A DNA stretch of 32,000 nucleotides from Nitrososphaera viennensis EN76 (lineage in GTDB: Archaea; Thermoproteota; Nitrososphaeria; Nitrososphaerales; Nitrososphaeraceae). The stretch is taken from positions 1,710,001 through 1,742,000 of the forward strand of contig NZ_CP007536.1 of assembly GCF_000698785.1 (NCBI RefSeq). Reading direction: 5' to 3'. Positions 15,548 through 22,886 of this stretch are shown one piece after another. The notes beneath the pieces are model-generated. The model made no database searches and had not been told where the DNA came from. It saw only the letters and a program-made list of their open reading frames with translations. A program made the translations under genes and the position numbers. Positions within the stretch are counted from its first letter, which is position 1; the number at the start of each line of letters is the position of its first letter.

Positions 15548-16498
15548 CTACTTGCTGCCGTACAGCTTGTAGATCTTGCCGGTATAGTCGCTGACATAAT
15601 CCCACTTTTCGGGGCTCACCTGCACGGGCGCAAACGCCTTCCTGGCCTCATCGCACAGCGCCTCGTACACGAACTGGCCTACCACTATCTGGTCAGGCTT
15701 GGCGATCCCGGTCATCTTGGCAGTCACGCTTATCGTGTACCCGAGGATGTCAAAATGCGGGTGCCTGACCTGCCGGCCGTCCTCAAGCGTCATCGTGTCC
15801 CACCCGTACTGCACCACGACATTGTCGCCCACGTCGATCCCTACGCGCACGTTCAGCTCGGGATAGTCGTACTGGTTGAGGATCGGGTTTACGCCCTGCC
15901 GCATCACCTTTATCATCGCCTGCGCGCACGACACCGCGTTTGCGCACGGCACGCGCAGGTTGTTCCAGTCGGCAAGAAAGAACGCCAGGATGGCGTCGCC
16001 CACGTATTTCAGCACGTACCCGCCGTAGGCGGAAATAAGGATCGACATTTCCTGCGTGAACGCCTGCACTATGGTGGCAAGCCTGTCAGCCGGGACAGTC
16101 ATCGAAAGTTTGGTTGACCCCACGATGTCGACGTGCAGTATCACAAAGCCCACCTTGGACTTGACGAACTTTTCCAGGATGTTGTTCGTCTCCTCTGTCG
16201 AGAGGTTGAACTGCGGCTCAAAGCGCAGGGCGCGCCATACCCGCTCCTGCGCAAGCCTGACTGCCTGCTCGGTGTCCACCACCTGGCCCAGCTCAAACGA
16301 CGAAAACGACGGCGCCCCGGACGTGGCGTTTGCCGAATCGTGCTTGCGCTCCTCCTCTGCTGCAAACTCGGCTATCGTCCTGTCCACCTGCTCCCTGTCG
16401 ATATCAAGCTGCAGGGCGATGATGTCCGGCTCTATGCCGGAGTTGTAGAGGTTGATTATTATCTGCCGCTGCGAGTCTGGCGTGGCAGGATCAGACAT
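15548..16498 (-). CDS. Class III nucleotidyl cyclase homology-domain protein with a small N-terminal HTH-like domain
   Basis: Cyclase motifs are VGFVILHVDIVGSTKLS, GGYVLKYVGDAILAFF, LNVRVGIDVGDNVVVQYG and FDILGYTISVTAKMTGIAKPDQIVVG. The N-terminus is MSDPATPDSQRQIIINLYNSGIEPDIIALQLDIDREQVDRTIAEF. I set the start at the ATG at 16498 (alternative 16540). The track extension to 16753 is Ser/Arg-rich junk antisense to a better plus-strand small ORF. Confidence 0.8.
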   Translation of the reverse strand: MSDPATPDSQRQIIINLYNSGIEPDIIALQLDIDREQVDRTIAEFAAEEERKHDSANATSGAPSFSSFELGQVVDTEQAVRLAQERVWRALRFEPQFNLSTEETNNILEKFVKSKVGFVILHVDIVGSTKLSMTVPADRLATIVQAFTQEMSILISAYGGYVLKYVGDAILAFFLADWNNLRVPCANAVSCAQAMIKVMRQGVNPILNQYDYPELNVRVGIDVGDNVVVQYGWDTMTLEDGRQVRHPHFDILGYTISVTAKMTGIAKPDQIVVGQFVYEALCDEARKAFAPVQVSPEKWDYVSDYTGKIYKLYGSK

Positions 16499-16589
16499 AT
16501 TTATGCCGCAGCTGAAGCGCAGATCGGCTATTAAACTCATTTGTACGGGCGAGATGATTAATAACGAGTGCCGCGCATATACCGGCGGG

Positions 16590-16772
16590 ATGGGCGGAAA
16601 ACAAAGGGAGGAAGAGCATGTGCTTTTGACGCTTCCAAACATAAAGTACCTGGTGGAGGGCCTGGAGGCGCTCCTGATGACCGACCTGGACGGCGACAAG
16701 CGCGCCAAGGTGATAAAGCTGCGCGACGACCTGGCGTCGTACGTCAACAGCATCTTTAGCGACTATTCATGA
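16590..16772 (+). CDS. Possible small helical protein (60 aa), function unknown
   Basis: This is a sub-ORF of track ORF 16452-16772: MGGKQREEEHVLLTLPNIKYLVEGLEALLMTDLDGDKRAKVIKLRDDLASYVNSIFSDYS. Its composition is protein-like, unlike the opposite-strand reading. The TATA-like GATTAATAA (16553-16561) is centred about 33 nt upstream of the ATG. Confidence 0.4.
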   Translation: MGGKQREEEHVLLTLPNIKYLVEGLEALLMTDLDGDKRAKVIKLRDDLASYVNSIFSDYS

Positions 16773-17124
16773 ACGCGGCGCGCACCTTGCGTATAACCTC
16801 GTTCATCGACAGCGGCTCCTTCTTTATGACGTCGCTCCTGTCAAGCGACCCCATCAGCCGGAGGGTGTCGGCCGTCAGGACCAGCATGAACACAAAGCGC
16901 ACCCTCACGTCGTAGGACCTTATCTCGCGGTACAGGTCGATGCCAGTCATGCCGCCATGCATCACAAGGTCGGTCACGACGACGCCGTACTGCGACCTGC
17001 TTGCGTACTCTAACGCTTTTGAAGGGTCCGGTGTGTGGTCCACTTCATAGCCGTCGGCCGTCAGGTACGTCTTGACCAGCTCGGCGGTCGATTGCTTTTG
17101 GTCGACGAGGAGGACTGACCTCAT
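16756..17124 (-). CDS. Stand-alone CheY-like response-regulator receiver domain
   Basis: 122 aa. It has MRSVLLVDQ (acidic pocket), the phospho-acceptor context VVVTDLVMHGGMTG, LVLTAD (conserved Thr) and VIKKEP (Lys-Pro). Confidence 0.85.
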   Translation of the reverse strand: MRSVLLVDQKQSTAELVKTYLTADGYEVDHTPDPSKALEYASRSQYGVVVTDLVMHGGMTGIDLYREIRSYDVRVRFVFMLVLTADTLRLMGSLDRSDVIKKEPLSMNEVIRKVRAAFMNSR

Positions 17125-17251
17125 ACGATATATAGCATAATTTCGCAGGATTTTCCTTTAAGCATTGAGGTCAAAATATCTAGAGCGCCTGTTTCCTGCA
17201 GGCGTGGCAAGGTTAATAATTGGACAAGGGTCAGAAACGCCGCAGAACAGA

Positions 17252-17734
17252 GTGACAGAAAAAAAGACAGAAGCGGCCGAGGAACCCCGGCTAAAGAGGT
17301 CGGTCATCGTCATTTCGTTCATCTCGCTAGGCCTCGTCTACTCGGTCATGCTCATCGGAGTGTTCTTGAGCTCCGGCCCCATCACCGAAAACGGCCTGGC
17401 GTGCACCGACTGGCCGCTGTGCCCAAACGGCTTTGGCGCGCCTGAGGAGCGCTACCTCATGGAATACGTCCACAGGCTGGTGGCAGCAATTACCGCCGGC
17501 TTTGTCTATGCAACTGCGATAATCGTCCCTTCAAGCGTAAGAAGGGCCAAGATGGCAGCGGTAATTGCGGCCGCCATTGTATCGTGGCAGCTTGTGCTTG
17601 GCTTTCTTACCGTGACGACCTTCCTGCACCCGATAGCGGTGGCAAGCCACCTTTCGACCGGAATCAGCGTGTTTGCGTTTGCCCTGCTGACGTTTCTGTG
17701 GGTTGGGATATGGAGGAAGCACTGGCGTTACTAG
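17252..17734 (+). CDS. ctaA: Heme A synthase, short (four-helix, half-size) archaeal form
   Basis: It contains CTDWPLCPNGF (COX15/CtaA Cys pair) and EYVHRLVA (His ligand context), with four hydrophobic segments and a second His in IAVASHLSTG. I propose the GTG at 17252 as the start, because GTTAATAATT (17212-17221) sits about 35 nt upstream. The track start at 17165 remains possible. Confidence 0.8.
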   Translation: MTEKKTEAAEEPRLKRSVIVISFISLGLVYSVMLIGVFLSSGPITENGLACTDWPLCPNGFGAPEERYLMEYVHRLVAAITAGFVYATAIIVPSSVRRAKMAAVIAAAIVSWQLVLGFLTVTTFLHPIAVASHLSTGISVFAFALLTFLWVGIWRKHWRY

Positions 17735-17871
17735 CGCCAGTGCACGCGCGAGTTTTCGAAAAATTCCCTGTCGTCTTCTGCCAGCGCGACTTTTTTGTGG
17801 CAGTCGCCGCAGAGTAGGTATTTTGAATCCGCCGGGAGCTCTTTTTTGCACCTGCCGCAGAACTTTTTCAT
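17731..17871 (-). CDS. Small zinc-ribbon protein (46 aa; 58 aa if started at 17907)
   Basis: MKKFCGRCKKELPADSKYLLCGDCHKKVALAEDDREFFENSRVHWR has CxxC...CxxC. The remainder of track ORF 17731-18207 overlaps the Lrp-like gene in another frame and is Arg-rich junk. Its stop overlaps the ctaA stop by 4 nt (convergent). Confidence 0.5.
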   Translation of the reverse strand: MKKFCGRCKKELPADSKYLLCGDCHKKVALAEDDREFFENSRVHWR

Positions 17872-17996
17872 TGTCTTACTACTACTATTATTATTATGCA
17901 GGGGCATTGCATAAAAAACTTGCCAGTTGCGCAGCCACGCACACACACAAGCGGCAGCAGCAACAGCAGCAGATTTCAGGCGGGCAAAGCAGAGCC

Positions 17997-18746
17997 TCAG
18001 GTAGAATCTATTTTGGAATAAAGCACGTCGCTGTTCTTTCCTATCAACTCTATCGACTCGGTCCAAAAGAGCTCTTTTACTCCGGGCATCATTTTTACCT
18101 TCTCGGAAAAATCGATGATTTCCTTGTTTGTCTTTAGGACCACGTCTGCCTTTATGTCGATGTTGTTGTTGCTCAGCGTCCTTGCCACCGATATTACGCT
18201 CGGCCAAGTCAGGATTTCCTTGGCTATGTTTGTTGACATTCCGTTTTCAGCCGCGATAAAGAACGTGATCGAGCGCAGGTCGAATTTCCTCAGCGCCAGA
18301 GAGCAAGAGACGTCCAGAAACTCTGTGAGCCGCTTGCGCCTTCTCTGGACCGTCGTAAGGGGAATTCCGAGTTCTTTTGACAAGGTCATTGATGAAACAT
18401 CGCCATTTGATGCAAGCAGGAGCTTTAGCATGTGCTTGTCGATGGGCGACAAAATGGCGCCGTCCACGTGCAAAGGGTATCTTTCCTTCTGATTATTGCT
18501 GTGGGAGGAAGAAGAGGTGGACAAGGTTAGCTTGTTCAACCTATTGAAGAGGTCGTGAAGCTGTTCGAGCGTGAGGGACTCTAGCGACTTGGCGTTTATG
18601 CCCAGCTTTTCCATTCCCTGCAAAAGCATGTGCCGTGATGATGACGATGAAGCGCCGGATTCAATCCCGTGGTTATTGTCATGATCTTCTCTGGTCTGAC
18701 AGAGTCCCGCACCATTCTGTCTTTCCTGAAAGGAAGACGAGGACAA
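17997..18746 (-). CDS. Lrp/AsnC-family transcriptional regulator with a roughly 95-aa N-terminal extension
   Basis: The HTH is LSPIDKHMLKLLLASNGDVSSMTLSKELGIPLTTVQRRRKRLTE. A RAM-like C-terminus follows (ITFFIAAENGMSTNIAKEILTWPSVISVARTLSNNNIDIKADVVLKTNKEIIDFSEKVKMMPGVKE). The N-terminal extension is Ser-rich. Confidence 0.8.
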   Translation of the reverse strand: MSSSSFQERQNGAGLCQTREDHDNNHGIESGASSSSSRHMLLQGMEKLGINAKSLESLTLEQLHDLFNRLNKLTLSTSSSSHSNNQKERYPLHVDGAILSPIDKHMLKLLLASNGDVSSMTLSKELGIPLTTVQRRRKRLTEFLDVSCSLALRKFDLRSITFFIAAENGMSTNIAKEILTWPSVISVARTLSNNNIDIKADVVLKTNKEIIDFSEKVKMMPGVKELFWTESIELIGKNSDVLYSKIDST

Positions 18747-19191
18747 GGTCTAACGTATATTCGAATGTATATTTAAATTTTATAGGATCGGTCTCCTAAC
18801 CGCCACAGATTACATATAATATTAGCAGGATATCAAGGGAAATTTTGAGATTATTGAAACAATTGTGCAGAAAAATTTTACCTCGTTTTTATCTGTTAAA
18901 AAGAAGAATGTCTTTGCTGTCCACCACAAAGCTGCTGCAAAAGATGCGCGCGCACTTGAAAGAAGTTCGTGGTACGCGTTTACTATTTTTTCAGGATGGA
19001 TGGGAGGCAAAAAATACTCTGGCAACGAGAGATCCGTCATCATCACCATGATAATATATCATATGCGAGAGATATGGCCTCTGCAGCCGCCGGCAAGCCG
19101 TACCATTACTGTCAAAAAGATACACAGCAAGGGGAAGAGGGGAGGAGAGAGAAATGTAATTAAGGACCGGGCCTGAAAGGAAGGCAGTTTC

Positions 19192-20685
19192 TTGGTACTG
19201 CAAAGTGAGATTGTAAATGCACTGTCGTACGCCACAAGCAAGGGCTACCAGATCCACCCCGACGCGTTTGCCATGCTAAAGGGGCTTGAAACGGACGTAC
19301 TAAAGGCAGTCCAGGAAATAATCAAGCAGAAAAAGCAGACCAAGATGATAGTGGTCGACGACATCAAGAACGTCGTAAACCCGGGAAGGCAGGAAGAGCT
19401 CGTGCCTGTGGAGCAGATTGCCAAGGTGCTAGTCGACCCGACGCCCAACGTCAACACTGGCGAGGGAGTCGACGGCTATGCGTCGCTGTTCAAGAGCAGG
19501 TTCGAGAAGACGATGCGCATCCTGGCGCAAAGGCCGGACAGTAAGCGCATGACCAAGATCTCCACTGTCAAGCAGATGGGAAAGGGCGCCGGCCCAAGGC
19601 CGGCCGCTGCAGGCGAGCGCAGCCTCGGAAGCGCCGGCACGTACGTCGTGTCGGGCCTCTTGATGTCAAGGCGCACCAAGAAAAACGGCATCGAGCTTGA
19701 GGTTGACGATTACACGGGCAGGCTGCAGGTGACTGCCATGTCGGAAGACGCAAAAAAGCAGGCAGCAAGCCTTGCCCTTGACCAGGTGGTGATGCTAGAG
19801 CTGGAAAACGCAAAGGGGATGCCCGGGCTTGCCATAAAAAATGTCTTTTCGCCGGACATACCGGATCATTTGCCGAACAAGAGCAGGTCAGAAGCGTACG
19901 CGGTATTGATATCGGACCTGCATGTCGGGAGCAAGTATTTCATGCAGCAAGAGTTCTTGCGCTTCCTTGACTGGCTGGCGTCCGGAGACGATGATGACGT
20001 TGTTCGCAAGATAAAATTCCTCTGCATCGGCGGCGATTTAATCGACGGCATCGGCATATTCCCAAATCAGGACAAGGAGCTCCTCATGATGAACGCCGCG
20101 GCCCAGATGGCGTACACCACGAAACTGCTTTCAAAAATCCCAAAGCACATCAAGACGTTCATCATCCCTGGAAACCACGATCCCGGCCGCAGGGCCCTTC
20201 CGCAGCCTATATTTCCCGAGGCAACGTCGGGCGGCCTGTACGGCCTGGAGAACTGCACGATGCTTGGCAACCCCGCGTACGTCGAGCTCAATGGCGTCAA
20301 GGTGTTGATGTTCCACGGCCAGAGCCTCGACGACGTGATTGCTACCACGCCGGGCATGAGCTACCAGCGGCCAGCAGAGGCGATGAAGGTCTTGCTAAAG
20401 GCGCGCCACCTGTCGCCAACGTACGGCGGGCGCACGCCGGTCGCGCCGGAAAGCGAGGACATGATGGTAATGACAGAGATCCCCGACATCTTTCACGCAG
20501 GCCACGTGCACGTGACAGATGTTGATAGTTACCGCGGGACGCTTGTAGTGAATTCCGGCGCGTGGCAGGCGCAGACGAAATTCCAGCAGACGATGGGCAT
20601 AACGCCTTCGCCCGGCATCGCAATCGTCGTCAATCTGGCAACGTTGCAGCCGTTCAAGCAGGATTTCAATCTGATGACGACATAA
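19192..20685 (+). CDS. dp1: DNA polymerase D small subunit (DP1), Mre11-like phosphoesterase/exonuclease
   Basis: 497 aa. The calcineurin-like motifs are AVLISDLHVGSKYF, CIGGDLIDGIG, IIPGNHDP, MFHGQSLDD and FHAGHVHV. The N-terminal domain is typical of DP1. The start is TTG. Confidence 0.92.
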   Translation: MVLQSEIVNALSYATSKGYQIHPDAFAMLKGLETDVLKAVQEIIKQKKQTKMIVVDDIKNVVNPGRQEELVPVEQIAKVLVDPTPNVNTGEGVDGYASLFKSRFEKTMRILAQRPDSKRMTKISTVKQMGKGAGPRPAAAGERSLGSAGTYVVSGLLMSRRTKKNGIELEVDDYTGRLQVTAMSEDAKKQAASLALDQVVMLELENAKGMPGLAIKNVFSPDIPDHLPNKSRSEAYAVLISDLHVGSKYFMQQEFLRFLDWLASGDDDDVVRKIKFLCIGGDLIDGIGIFPNQDKELLMMNAAAQMAYTTKLLSKIPKHIKTFIIPGNHDPGRRALPQPIFPEATSGGLYGLENCTMLGNPAYVELNGVKVLMFHGQSLDDVIATTPGMSYQRPAEAMKVLLKARHLSPTYGGRTPVAPESEDMMVMTEIPDIFHAGHVHVTDVDSYRGTLVVNSGAWQAQTKFQQTMGITPSPGIAIVVNLATLQPFKQDFNLMTT

Positions 20686-21880
20686 GGTCTGAAAACGTCG
20701 GGTCGTCCTTCAGCGCGTCCTTTACCGTTGCAAGCGGCACCGCAACCTTGATCTTTTGCGAGCGGCCGTAGCGCCCCTGGCTCACTATGTCCGTCGACAC
20801 AAGGCCCAGCTGGTCAAGCTCGCTTATTATCTGGGTGACCCTGCGCTGCGTGAGAGGCTCCTGCTCTGCCTGCCTGCACAGCGACGAGTAGACCTCGTAC
20901 ACCTCGCCTGTGTTGCCGTTCTTTGATTTTGTAATGGCAAGCATGACGAACTTTGTGTGCGTCGTGGCATTTTTTATCACTTCGAGGTTTGTGTCCTTCT
21001 CTATCTTTTCCTGCGCGGCCCGCACGTGCTTTTCCTCCACCCTTAAGGCGTGCTCCCGCTCTGCCAGCTCCGCCGCCACGCGCAAGAGGTCGATTGCCTT
21101 GCGGGCGTCGCCGTGCTCCCTGCCGGCCATGGCCGCGCACAAGTTGATTGCGGCGTCTGTGATGGCGCCTTCGCTGAACGCCAGTTTTGCGCGCTCTGAC
21201 AGTATCTGCCGCAGCTGCTCTACCGTGTACGGGTTGAACACCGTCTCTTCCTCGGAAAGGCTGCTTCTCACGCGCGGGTCCAGCTTGTCCTTGAACGTCA
21301 GGCTGTTAGAGATCCCTATCAAACTGACAAAGCCTCCCTTGCCCATGCGCTCATTGGCCCTTGTGAACGAGTAGAGCACGTCGTCGCCGTTTCTGTCCAC
21401 CAGTGAATCTATTTCGTCGATGACAAGTATGACGCGCATTTTTTTGTTTTGTATGAACTGCAGGATGCGGTCTGTTGCTTCGCCCATCGAAAGCCCGGTA
21501 AAGTGGACGACCTTCTTTTCCTCCTTGTTCAGGCCGAGGTGCTCCGCGATTTCAAACAGCATCTTGTAGGCGCTGTTGGCAAGTTTTGCGTTGATTATTG
21601 GAACATCTACGGTGATGCCAAGCGCGCCGGATTTTTTAACAAGCCTGTCGACCACGGTTTTCACGACTGCGGTCTTGCCGGTCCCCGGCTTGCCGAACAG
21701 CAGCAGATTCGACGGCCGTGCTCCCTTGAACACGGTCGACAGCGTCTGCGCAAGCGCGGCTGCTTCCTGGTCGCGGAACGGTAGCTTTTCCGGCACATAA
21801 TCGATGGTGAGCGTCTCCCTTTTTTTGACGAGCGACTTGCCGCTTGCCGCCCTGTCAAATATGTTGTCGATGTCGCTCAT
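20666..21880 (-). CDS. cdc6: Orc1/Cdc6 replication initiator (AAA+ with a C-terminal winged helix)
   Basis: It shows Walker A LLFGKPGTGKTA, Walker B ILVIDEIDSL, sensor and arginine regions, and a C-terminal wH (QRRVTQIISELDQLGLVSTDIVSQGRYGRSQKIKV). I prefer the ATG at 21880 (MSDIDNIFDR) over the track's GTG at 21901. The gene is convergent with dp1 and overlaps its 3' end by 20 nt. Confidence 0.92.
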   Translation of the reverse strand: MSDIDNIFDRAASGKSLVKKRETLTIDYVPEKLPFRDQEAAALAQTLSTVFKGARPSNLLLFGKPGTGKTAVVKTVVDRLVKKSGALGITVDVPIINAKLANSAYKMLFEIAEHLGLNKEEKKVVHFTGLSMGEATDRILQFIQNKKMRVILVIDEIDSLVDRNGDDVLYSFTRANERMGKGGFVSLIGISNSLTFKDKLDPRVRSSLSEEETVFNPYTVEQLRQILSERAKLAFSEGAITDAAINLCAAMAGREHGDARKAIDLLRVAAELAEREHALRVEEKHVRAAQEKIEKDTNLEVIKNATTHTKFVMLAITKSKNGNTGEVYEVYSSLCRQAEQEPLTQRRVTQIISELDQLGLVSTDIVSQGRYGRSQKIKVAVPLATVKDALKDDPTFSDLMSSSD

Positions 21881-22145
21881 CTTTTTGTCGTCCACCCGCA
21901 CCCCTACCTTTCCTTTCCAGAATGCAGGCTTGTTAAGGTTGTCTTAACAGTTACGTTAACAGGGCGTTTTTAAACCGTCAAATCAACTTGTACTAGTTTT
22001 AGTGTCAGCTTGTACAGCCGGTAAACCGGAGTTGATGAGGAGGGCCGTGGACAGGAAAGCAAGGGGTGGCGGCACACACCAGCAACTGTCGTTTATAACA
22101 GCCGGTTAACACTGTCGATCGAACAGGAAGAAAAGGACTCAAAAA

Positions 22146-22167
22146 AGACCCCTTTGTTTCCACTGGA
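22146..22167 (-). repeat. Origin recognition box (ORB) copy 1
   Basis: The plus strand reads AGACCCCTTTGTTTCCACTGGA, so the minus strand reads TCCAGTGGAAACAAAGGGGTCT. This is a dyad core (CCAGTGG) plus GGAAA plus a G-string, as in the ORB elements bound by Orc1/Cdc6 at Sulfolobus and Pyrococcus origins. Confidence 0.7.
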
Positions 22168-22207
22168 GCGTTAAGGTGACGGTTAACGCTGTTAACATGG
22201 GCAAAGT

Positions 22208-22229
22208 AGACCCCTCCATTTCCACTGGA
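22208..22229 (-). repeat. Origin recognition box (ORB) copy 2
   Basis: The plus strand reads AGACCCCTCCATTTCCACTGGA. It is 19/22 identical to copy 1, in the same orientation, and 62 bp away start to start. Confidence 0.7.
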
Positions 22230-22397
22230 ACTGGAAAGGGGCGCTGGCAACAACGGAATTGGTAACTGGCATGCCTTGTTAACAAAAACTGCGCGCGTCT
22301 CATGTCAAGCTAACAACAGCTAAGCTGGTTGTTATCAACAGTGGCACAAGCTCTGTTAAGTGTTAAGGTGTTATCAGGTGAACTGCTATTACTTTTC

Positions 22398-22886
22398 ATG
22401 CCGTCGGGAAAGAAAAAGTTCCGTATTGAACTGGAGGACGCCGAGGGGAGCAAGTACAACCTCTCCCTAGAGGGCAACATCTCAAAGGACAAGATATTGA
22501 AGATAGTAGAGTTTATGGACCTCCTCAACATCGAGAATAATAGCGAGGGTGCCACCCACAGCAGCCTCGAGGCCGAATTCAGGGCTCACCCTGCCTCGGT
22601 GGGCGACAGGATATGGGCGCTTGTTGAGGCCAAGTTCCCGTACGGCAGCTTCACCTCGTCTGACATCCTCGAGCTGTACGAGGACACGTACAACGAGCCC
22701 ATAAAACTCAGCATCATCTCGACCTACCTCTCGAGGTACGCCGAGCGTGGCCGCCTCATAAGAAACCGCCAGGGCAAAGAGTGGGTCTACAGGGCAGTCA
22801 AACCTACTGCCGCAGGATCTCGGGTGCCTGAGCAGCAGAAGGCTGCTGCTTTTCCTTCGTCAGTCTCGTACGACCAGCTTCAGTGA
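22398..22886 (+). CDS. Origin-adjacent protein with a C-terminal winged-helix DNA-binding domain, function unknown
   Basis: I moved the start to the ATG at 22398 (MPSGKKKFRIELEDAEGSKYNLSLEG). The C-terminal wH-like segment is GSFTSSDILELYEDTYNEPIKLSIISTYLSRYAERGRLIRNRQGKEWVYRAV. The first 23 aa of the track ORF are hydrophobic junk inside the origin region. Confidence 0.6.
   Translation: MPSGKKKFRIELEDAEGSKYNLSLEGNISKDKILKIVEFMDLLNIENNSEGATHSSLEAEFRAHPASVGDRIWALVEAKFPYGSFTSSDILELYEDTYNEPIKLSIISTYLSRYAERGRLIRNRQGKEWVYRAVKPTAAGSRVPEQQKAAAFPSSVSYDQLQ

Larger units (their letters stand above)
21881..22397. other. Probable chromosomal replication origin (oriC) region
   Basis: This 517-bp non-coding stretch lies directly upstream of orc1/cdc6. 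It carries two 22-bp ORB-type repeats, degenerate ORB copies at about 21901-21923 and 22048-22069 (the latter inverted), an A/T-richer tract at 21961-22010, and a GTTAAC array. Confidence 0.7.

Noticed and set aside
15521-16534. Plus-strand ORFs 15521-16117, 16056-16448 and 16133-16534
   Set aside because: They are antisense shadows of the cyclase gene, whose motifs are unambiguous on the minus strand.
17872-18207. N-terminal two-thirds of track ORF 17731-18207 (158 aa)
   Set aside because: It overlaps the Lrp/AsnC-like gene in a different frame and is Arg/Lys/Gln-rich junk. Only the C-terminal zinc-ribbon part is credible.
18991-19046. C/D-box sRNA candidate on the minus strand (GTGATGA at 19040-19046 and CTGA at 18991-18994, 56 nt apart)
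   Set aside because: There are no convincing internal D'/C' boxes and no terminal stem pairing the flanks. The box matches are short enough to occur by chance in this AT-rich stretch.
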